The notes under the pieces were generated by a model. The model did not search any database. It was not told where the DNA came from and worked only from the letters and a program-made list of their open reading frames with translations. DNA of 32,000 bases, taken from the NCBI RefSeq assembly GCF_017876815.1, contig NZ_JAGIOS010000003.1, positions 1,410,001-1,442,000 on the forward strand, written 5' to 3'. Position numbers and translations under genes: made by a program. This document shows positions 26,655-32,000 of the stretch, in pieces. How positions within the stretch are numbered: the stretch's first letter is position 1; every line of letters begins with the position of its first letter. This DNA is from Sinorhizobium meliloti (GTDB taxonomy: Bacteria > Pseudomonadota > Alphaproteobacteria > Rhizobiales > Rhizobiaceae).

Positions 26655-27248
26655 ATGAAACACCTGCTTTATGCTGCAGCCGGTCTTGCTGCACTTGCCT
26701 TCGCCCCCACAGGAGCGGAGGCAGAAGATGCTTCCTGGGGCTGCCAGGTCCTCCTTTGCGCTGCTTCACAAAATCCGTCATGGCAGGGCGTTCCCTATTG
26801 CGTGCCCCCGATGAAGAGGCTGATAGCCGCAATGTCGAAGCCGGGATTTGATTGGCCCATTTGCCACGATGCGAAGGCCGGCGAGCCAGGTCGGCAAGAG
26901 TTCGAGGACTGCCCTGCAGGGTCGCGCCCCACCTCTAGCAATGATGGGAACGACAACGGCTTGCGCCGCCGCAACGAGGAGGAGCAATGCGTCCGGGTCG
27001 TGGACAGATGCGAGAACCGCGGCGAGTACAACCGCCTCTATGGTGACGAGGACGCCAACCAGCGTAATGGCGTGACCGTAAGGTCCATCAGCGGCAACAG
27101 CGACGATTTCGGGAATCGCGACAATCGCTACAACGGCTGCAAGGTGCAGGTAACTTCCCCCCGTCCGCGGCGCGCAAATCCCTGGTTCTTCGACATCCCA
27201 AACGACAAGGGCGTCAAAGAGCGCTTCTGGTTCAATCTACGCACCTAG
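26655..27248 (+). CDS. secreted Cys-rich protein (possibly TrbM-like)
   Basis: Signal peptide MKHLLYAAAGLAALAFAPTGAEA, then WGCQVLLCAASQNP..PYCVPP.. and further Cys. The same frame is open back to GTG 26364 and there encodes 3 hydrophobic helices, so the start is uncertain. Confidence 0.6.
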   Translation: MKHLLYAAAGLAALAFAPTGAEAEDASWGCQVLLCAASQNPSWQGVPYCVPPMKRLIAAMSKPGFDWPICHDAKAGEPGRQEFEDCPAGSRPTSSNDGNDNGLRRRNEEEQCVRVVDRCENRGEYNRLYGDEDANQRNGVTVRSISGNSDDFGNRDNRYNGCKVQVTSPRPRRANPWFFDIPNDKGVKERFWFNLRT

Positions 27249-27271
27249 CCCTTGCCTAAGAGGAAGAATCT

Positions 27272-27688
27272 ATGCACCAGAACGCCATAATCGCGATCGC
27301 AGCCACCCTCGGTATAATGGTTGGCGCCGGCGGCACCTACATTGCAACCTCTGAGCCGAAAGTTGAAGCTCAGGCCATCTCGAAAGCAGAGCTGGTTGCG
27401 GCTATCTCCGCTGATCCATCGCTTTGCCCTATTCCGACTGTTGAAGCGCCGACGGAAGCCGAAGCATTGGCCGCCTACCGCAAAGCACATGCGGCGTCTC
27501 CTCTCGTTTGGGATCGGAATAATCTGCCGGAAATCTCTCTGGCGCTCGGCCAATGTGACAAGGCCGGGGCAGGGCCAGGCGTCGCTTGCATGACCTCAGT
27601 CAAGATGGGACCCGAAGCGCGGCCTATTGATCGAATCGTCGGCTTCGCAAAATCAGCATCCGGCGAGTGGATCGCCACCATCAACTAA
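27272..27688 (+). CDS. hypothetical membrane-anchored protein
   Basis: 138 aa. AGAGGAAG lies 6 nt upstream of the ATG. N-terminal TM helix (AIIAIAATLGIMVGAGGTYIA). A strong terminator follows. Confidence 0.6.
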   Translation: MHQNAIIAIAATLGIMVGAGGTYIATSEPKVEAQAISKAELVAAISADPSLCPIPTVEAPTEAEALAAYRKAHAASPLVWDRNNLPEISLALGQCDKAGAGPGVACMTSVKMGPEARPIDRIVGFAKSASGEWIATIN

Positions 27689-27693
27689 GAAAG

Positions 27694-27722
27694 AAGCCGC
27701 CCAACAAGGCGGCTTTATTCTT
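27694..27722. terminator. bidirectional rho-independent terminator
   Basis: AAGCCGCC-CAACAA-GGCGGCTT, a perfect 8-bp stem, followed by TATTCTTCT and preceded by AAGAAAG. Sits between convergent genes. Confidence 0.75.
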
Positions 27723-27769
27723 CTGCCCTTTACGCTCGACCCAGCACATTGCCGGGCCAGGGCAGAGGC

Positions 27770-28105
27770 CTACTCCATAGGCTCGGTCGTGCTCAAGACG
27801 GCATCCATTTCTTTCGGCTTGAGCGAGCCTCGCGTCGCGAACAAATACGCGGCCAAGTGCGTCAACTTTTGCCATCCTTGTTGATCGTTGCACGGCCGGT
27901 GGTTCACGATCCTTAGCCTGGCGGCCTCTTCCTCTTTCGTCACCTTGAGCAGAGCCTTTGCGTAGACCACGTTGGTTACATCGCCAGCCGCGCGGCGTTC
28001 ATCCCATTCGTGCACCGCCTCAGAAGTCGCCGATAGCGCCGCTATATGCCGCTCGATCATCGTATCCAACGACACGGTGGCTTCCATTCCAAAATCCTCT
28101 GTCAT
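27770..28105 (-). CDS. conserved hypothetical protein, paralog A of the 31616-31972 product
   Basis: 111 aa from ATG 28105, with GAGGG upstream. About 55% identical by eye to paralog B over about 92 aa (ERHIAA..WDE.RAA..VTNV.YA..LL.V..EEA.RL.I.N.RP...KL..AAYL.ATRG.L.P..M.AVL). Confidence 0.7.
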   Translation of the reverse strand: MTEDFGMEATVSLDTMIERHIAALSATSEAVHEWDERRAAGDVTNVVYAKALLKVTKEEEAARLRIVNHRPCNDQQGWQKLTHLAAYLFATRGSLKPKEMDAVLSTTEPME

Positions 28106-28375
28106 CGCACCCTCAATCCCAGGTTCCGCGCTAACTGCTGGACCTCCCAAATCGAAGGGAGAGCAGGCCCGCTCCTGCTCCCGAGCTCGTGCGGAACAGC
28201 GGAAGAGAGGGGGACAAGCGCTAAACCGGAGGGGGATCACCCACCCGCCGGGCCGTGTCGGCGCAGCCGTCCGGTGCTGCAGGCCATCGGGCCGAAGCAT
28301 GGGGAGACCGGTTTAGTGCTTGTGGGGGAGAGAGGGCAGGGCTCTCTCTTCCCCTCTCAGAAAGTTCAAAATATG

Positions 28376-28396
28376 CGGCCTTCGGCCGTTATTTCG
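28376..28396. terminator. candidate bidirectional hairpin terminator
   Basis: CGGCC-TTC-GGCCG is followed by TTATTT on the + strand. On the - strand the same stem is followed by CATATTTTG. Confidence 0.35.
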
Positions 28397-28443
28397 GTGC
28401 AATACGGAGAGGTAGTTTTCTCTCTCAACATACGGCGATCGTA

Positions 28444-28565
28444 CCGAGCTAATGGGCTTGCCTCAATGACAGACGGTTCCCCCAATTTTGCCGCGAGCGA
28501 CAAAATCGGCTCCCCCATCTGCCCTTCGGGCCAGCGCGATCATTGACACAAGCCCATTAGCTCGG
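28444..28565 (+). promoter_or_regulatory. 122-nt palindromic or structured element (17-bp perfect inverted repeat arms)
   Basis: CCGAGCTAATGGGCTTG (28444-28460) pairs with CAAGCCCATTAGCTCGG (28549-28565). The stem is extended by TCAATGA/TCATTGA (28463-69/28540-46). Internal hairpins are ATTTTG..CAAAAT and GCCC-TTC-GGGC, and two unpaired (T/C)TCCCCC motifs are present. Confidence 0.6.
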
Positions 28566-28568
28566 GGC

Positions 28569-28598
28569 TCAGCCTCTGTTTTGAATCAGAGGAGCTGA
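28569..28598 (+). promoter_or_regulatory. hairpin sequestering the Shine-Dalgarno of the 54-aa ORF
   Basis: TCAGCCTCTG (28569-78) pairs with CAGAGG-AG-CTGA (28587-98), giving 10 bp with a 2-nt bulge. The SD GAGGAG (28589-94) lies inside the 3' arm, and the ATG is at 28601. Confidence 0.55.
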
Positions 28599-28600
28599 CG

Positions 28601-28765
28601 ATGACCACTTACGAGCACATTGAGGAATTGCGGGCCGAGTTGGCGGCATCCATCGACGCCGGCGAGCGTCAGCAGATCGCGGCCGAGCTGGAGCGCGCCG
28701 TCGCGCAGCGCCAGCAGGAAGAGGCCGCATTCGACGCGCTGATCAGCGTTGAGCCGCCTCACTAG
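28601..28765 (+). CDS. small hydrophilic helical protein (54 aa), not in the ORF track
   Basis: MTTYEHIEELRAELAASIDAGERQQIAAELERAVAQRQQEEAAFDALISVEPPH. GAGGAG lies 6 nt upstream, and a hairpin spans the stop codon. Confidence 0.55.
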   Translation: MTTYEHIEELRAELAASIDAGERQQIAAELERAVAQRQQEEAAFDALISVEPPH

Positions 28766-28772
28766 GCGGCTC
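28751..28772 (+). terminator. hairpin overlapping the stop of the 54-aa ORF
   Basis: GAGCCGCC-TCACTA-GGCGGCTC, a perfect 8-bp stem, followed by GCGATCTTTCC (weak T-tract). Confidence 0.45.
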
Positions 28773-28834
28773 GCGATCTTTCCTGAGTATCACTGTAACG
28801 GCGGCCGACGCCAACTGCATATTCGCCGGGCCGA

Positions 28835-29959
28835 TCATTTGTCCGCACACGATAGAAACCGCTTCAAGCTCAAACCCGCCAATAAAATGTAAGGCGGCAT
28901 GGCGAGCGAATAGTGACCGCAGTTCAGTTCCAAAACATTCGGCCTGACTCCGACGTCCTTCAGCTTCTGAATGAGGCGTCTGGATAGGGCGGGCAACACC
29001 ACCTTGTCCCGCGTAGCCAACACGACGTGAAGTTCGAGATCGGGCCGTGCCAGATTATGCGCGTAATTCTCTAAGTTGAGCGGACCCCATGCCCTTCGGA
29101 GATCGGTAAGCTCAATTACAGGCTCAAGGCTATCGCGTATCGATCGGGTCGCGCGCCCCGTCCAAACCATGTCTGCGAGACTTCCCGCCGTCAAAAATAA
29201 CGAGGCCTTCGATACGGCCGGATCATGCGCAGCGATCAATCCCGCAACCCAGGAGCCAAGGCTCATGCCGAGAACCGAGACCTCTCGATAGCCTTCGCTC
29301 TTCAGCCAGCGGACGAGCTTTCGCCCATCCCATACGGCCTGCCTTACAGACTGGATCGTTCGGCCGAGATTCGAACTAAGCATATAATCGGCGTACAGCG
29401 AGCCGGGACGGCTGCGCTCGAAGTGATAAGGCATAGCAATCTCGACAACCGTGATTCCACGCTGCGAGAAAAACTTGGCAATCTGACGATTTCGGGTGCT
29501 GGCATTCCAGTGATGAAAAATCACCATTGCCTGATCGAGCGAGCCGCTCTCGGTGATTTTTGCCCAAACGACGTTGTTCTCTTCGACGTCAGTAGAAATG
29601 TCTGATGGAAATTTGAGCCACCCATCGTGCCTTTCAAAGCCCTGACCGCTCCCGCTCGGCGGTTCGAAGAAGCTTGGATCGGACACGGCCTTGTCCGCCA
29701 GGACACAAAATTCATCGAGTGTTTCGACCTTCTTCGCGCTTGGAAAGGCGCGACCGGCGTCAAGGACGAAAGCGGTTGTTTTCTTCGCTTCCTCACCGCG
29801 TCGGGCCCGCCGCTCGTCCCAACGATCAAGCCAACTATGATACACTTTGATTGCTTCCCAACTCGTCTGCGCGCCACCGCCCGAACTCTGGATCAAAGAG
29901 GCCGTACGTCGCGAGCAGCGTTCCAGTGCCCAGGAGGATCGAAAACCCGTCAAATGCAT
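28835..29959 (-). CDS. alpha/beta-fold hydrolase (possible RcgR-like lactone/ester hydrolase)
   Basis: Nucleophile elbow VLGMSLGSW (G-x-S-x-G), acid candidate VLATRDKVV, His candidate LNCGHYS, and oxyanion-region HHWNAS. Start is uncertain. ATG 29959 overlaps the upstream gene by 125 nt. GTG 29845, with GGGAAG upstream, would overlap by only 11 nt. Confidence 0.75.
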   Translation of the reverse strand: MHLTGFRSSWALERCSRRTASLIQSSGGGAQTSWEAIKVYHSWLDRWDERRARRGEEAKKTTAFVLDAGRAFPSAKKVETLDEFCVLADKAVSDPSFFEPPSGSGQGFERHDGWLKFPSDISTDVEENNVVWAKITESGSLDQAMVIFHHWNASTRNRQIAKFFSQRGITVVEIAMPYHFERSRPGSLYADYMLSSNLGRTIQSVRQAVWDGRKLVRWLKSEGYREVSVLGMSLGSWVAGLIAAHDPAVSKASLFLTAGSLADMVWTGRATRSIRDSLEPVIELTDLRRAWGPLNLENYAHNLARPDLELHVVLATRDKVVLPALSRRLIQKLKDVGVRPNVLELNCGHYSLAMPPYILLAGLSLKRFLSCADK

Positions 29960-31406
29960 CGATCAGCAAGTAGCTGGCAAAGAGTAATGCTACGACCGCC
30001 GACATCTTCCACAAGGGCGCATGAAAGCGCTTTCCGAACCGGATGGAGCCGTACAGAAAGCCAACACAGGACGAAATAGCGACAAGGAGACTGCTGTAAT
30101 GGGTCGGCATTCGATAGCTGAAGCTGTTGCTATCGTTTCTCTGCCCGTTCAAGACTGAAGACATATCGTTGGCTAGCCAGGTCAGGATATCTTCGCCGTT
30201 CGAGGCCAGGTAAGCGCTTTGAGCCTTCATGCATATGGCGACTAGAACACCCAGGACCGTACACCGAAAGATTCCCCGCATCACCCTGAGGCCGATTTCG
30301 CCGCCCGCGCGTCGATATTCCTCCAGGCGCATCTTCGATCCCTCTTCAATTTTCCCAAGATCATGGAGGATCGTATGAAGCAGGATGAGGCCCGCGAAGA
30401 GCAGATAAAAGCAAAGACACATGTAGAGGTAAGCGAGACCAGTGAACACAACGGTCATCGGCACCGATATGACTTCAGGGCGCACAATGGCTAACTTGCC
30501 CCAATCTACCGCATAGTTGCCACCGCCGTTGATCAACGGGATCAAGCACACGCCGATCCACTGGAAAAGACCGGCGAACAACACACAGATCAGAAAAACG
30601 GCCCAGTATGTATACGAAGAAGCCTCAACGTTGCGCGCCCAAGCATCGTCGCTTTCCATCTTCTCGCTATACCCTGTCAGCCTGAGGCGTCCTTCGTCTT
30701 TCCAGAAGACCAGCAGCTCCGTCACGAGCGCAAAAAACAGGGGCAAAAGCACCATGAAAAGGAATGTCCAATTCGGCGCCCAAAGAAACCCAACCTGCTT
30801 AACGACACCATCCGCGCGGCCATAAGTGGCGCTGTGGATCCCCACAATGTACGACAAAAATCCAAGCGCGGAGGCACCGGCAAATACCGAGGCGGGCAAG
30901 TTCAAGGGCGATCCACGGGTGAAAAGCGCCTCCGATGTTCTTGCCAAGTTGAAACCCTGTCGGCCCGCAGGCCGTGTCTGATTATCGACCATCACAGGCG
31001 GCGGCATGTCTGGAACCCGCAGCGCCGTGCTGCTACCCGCCTTCTTTGAATCTCGCCTCTTGGCGGTTAGCCGTAATTGCGCCGCGCTGAGCTCCATCTG
31101 CCATTCGCTGGTCGCTTCGGGATCGTCGCACCCAAAGATCCGCGCCAGCCAACGAATGTTGGAGGTGCTAATCCCCTTCTCGTTCTGTTGAAACCAGAGC
31201 TGGACCGTCCGCAAATCGACCCCGATCCGGTTGGAGTCGATCTGTGAAATCGCCTCTGCCAAAAGCTCCGGCGTCCATGGGCCTTGGGGAAACCCGTCAC
31301 TGCCTAATGGCCGGCCTGCTCCCGCAGCGGCTAACTGCTTGAACAGTTCCTTGAAATCGCTCCCGTCCTTGGGCGGTGCGACAAAAATCTTTCCGTTCTT
31401 TTCCAA
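29835..31406 (-). CDS. HTH-like N-terminal domain fused to a polytopic membrane domain of about 8-9 TM helices (possible RcgA-like)
   Basis: 523-aa ORF with a TTG start and no in-frame ATG for about 100 codons. The N-terminus WTPELLAEAISQIDSNRIGVDLRTVQLWFQQNEKGISTSNIRWLARIFG looks like an XRE-type HTH. Many hydrophobic helices follow. Confidence 0.7.
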   Translation of the reverse strand: MEKNGKIFVAPPKDGSDFKELFKQLAAAGAGRPLGSDGFPQGPWTPELLAEAISQIDSNRIGVDLRTVQLWFQQNEKGISTSNIRWLARIFGCDDPEATSEWQMELSAAQLRLTAKRRDSKKAGSSTALRVPDMPPPVMVDNQTRPAGRQGFNLARTSEALFTRGSPLNLPASVFAGASALGFLSYIVGIHSATYGRADGVVKQVGFLWAPNWTFLFMVLLPLFFALVTELLVFWKDEGRLRLTGYSEKMESDDAWARNVEASSYTYWAVFLICVLFAGLFQWIGVCLIPLINGGGNYAVDWGKLAIVRPEVISVPMTVVFTGLAYLYMCLCFYLLFAGLILLHTILHDLGKIEEGSKMRLEEYRRAGGEIGLRVMRGIFRCTVLGVLVAICMKAQSAYLASNGEDILTWLANDMSSVLNGQRNDSNSFSYRMPTHYSSLLVAISSCVGFLYGSIRFGKRFHAPLWKMSAVVALLFASYLLIDAFDGFSILLGTGTLLATYGLFDPEFGRWRADELGSNQSVS

Positions 31407-31410
31407 AGGC

Positions 31411-31566
31411 TTATAGGCCCAAATTTCGTTTCGGTTCGTATCCTATCGTGCCTTCAGCCTCAATCAATGGTCTTAACGCCCGCAATGCAACTTGATCGGT
31501 GAGGCATTCCATCATGCTATTGTTGTCGTCATCCAGTTCGCGTTCGTCCCGTGACACCGGCGACAT
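31411..31566 (-). CDS. possible small leader ORF (51 aa) upstream of the membrane protein
   Basis: MSPVSRDERELDDDNNSMMECLTDQVALRALRPLIEAEGTIGYEPKRNLGL. GGAGAA abuts the ATG, which is too close for a good SD. Ends 2 nt before the TTG of the next gene. Weak call. Confidence 0.25.
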   Translation of the reverse strand: MSPVSRDERELDDDNNSMMECLTDQVALRALRPLIEAEGTIGYEPKRNLGL

Positions 31567-31615
31567 TTCTCCGAGCCCGAGCGCGGCTTTGAGTGCGTCA
31601 GCGCCGGATCGCAAG

Positions 31616-31972
31616 GTGGGACAAAAAGAAGAGGGCGGGGCGGAAACTGCGATTTCCCTTTGCGAGTTGATGGAGCGGCATATAGCGGCACAACTCGCGA
31701 CCGCGGACGCCGTTCGTGCGTGGGATGAACCCAGGGCGGCCAGCAAGGTTACGAACGTAGCCTATGCAAACCGACTGTTAGATGTTGCGCGGGATGAAGA
31801 AGCCTGCCGGCTTGCGATCATCAATTACAGGCCGCGGGGCGATCGGGAATCGAGGCTGAAGCTGGCCTATATGGCAGCTTACCTCATCGCGACACGTGGC
31901 ACCCTGCAACCCAGTCAGATGAATGCCGTCTTGGAAGACACTCGCGATCGGCCAAGCACATCGGTTTCCTGA
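31616..31972 (+). CDS. conserved hypothetical protein, paralog B of the 27770-28105 product
   Basis: Homology to paralog A begins at ..AETAISLCELMERHIAA... GTG 31616 is chosen as the start, with ATG 31670 as the alternative. The upstream part of the ORF-track call (31499-31615) is low-complexity Ser-rich and is probably not coding. Confidence 0.65.
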   Translation: MGQKEEGGAETAISLCELMERHIAAQLATADAVRAWDEPRAASKVTNVAYANRLLDVARDEEACRLAIINYRPRGDRESRLKLAYMAAYLIATRGTLQPSQMNAVLEDTRDRPSTSVS

Positions 31973-32000
31973 GTCTCCTTTACGCCGGATTGCACAATAG

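Noticed and set aside
28106-28300. N-terminal 65 codons of the ORF-track call 27770-28300
   Set aside because: Pro/Arg/Cys-rich and not matched in paralog B. An internal ATG at 28105 with an upstream GAGGG fits the homology boundary.
28046-28546. 166-aa + strand ORF across the structured region
   Set aside because: It overlaps paralog A in antisense and then runs through the hairpin-rich region. Its composition is not protein-like.
31499-31615. N-terminal 39 codons of the ORF-track call for paralog B
   Set aside because: Low-complexity Ser-rich sequence (LLLSSSSSRSSRDTGDISPSPS) with no counterpart in paralog A. It is probably non-coding or antisense to the small minus-strand ORF.
1-32000. 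CRISPR arrays, tRNA/rRNA genes, integron attC sites
   Set aside because: No regularly spaced direct repeats, cloverleaf-like segments or rRNA-like conserved stretches were noticed on reading. This was not checked computationally.

Overview
This looks like an accessory or plasmid-type region from an alpha-proteobacterium, probably rhizobial. That origin is inferred from about 60% GC, the gene content and the IS type. It has five parts.

(1) 1-1430: two unrecognised + strand ORFs.

(2) 1790-4387: a complete 2,598-bp IS21-family element (istA/istB, multi-repeat termini, 7-bp target duplication AGTTGAT). It splits the last gene of a minus-strand operon in frame.

(3) 4388-10551: that operon encodes two tandem DUF3604 paralogs, a PpiC-type rotamase-like protein, a long HupE/UreJ_2-type membrane protein and a small secreted protein. 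The upstream DUF3604 copy carries an in-frame TAA. Most junctions are 4-nt start/stop overlaps.

(4) 11255-24251: a complete VirB/VirD4-type type IV secretion/conjugation operon on the minus strand. The order is virB1-B2-B3-B4, an extra lytic transglycosylase, virB5, a small lipoprotein, then virB6-B8-B9-B10-B11-virD4. No relaxase or oriT is recognisable in the window.

(5) 24411-31972: an accessory block transcribed divergently from virB1.
- Three translationally coupled secreted staphylococcal-nuclease-like paralogs.
- A Cys-rich secreted protein.
- A membrane-anchored hypothetical protein.
- Two inverted paralogous genes of about 110 aa that bracket a module.
- That module holds a heavily structured leader, a 54-aa ORF, and an HTH-polytopic-membrane protein with an alpha/beta hydrolase.

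I consider the module the best candidate for a poorly characterised conjugation-associated regulatory system, possibly related to rcgA/rcgR. A CTAG-containing motif, AAGGGCTAG(A), recurs five times at gene boundaries. No rRNA, tRNA or CRISPR array was seen.
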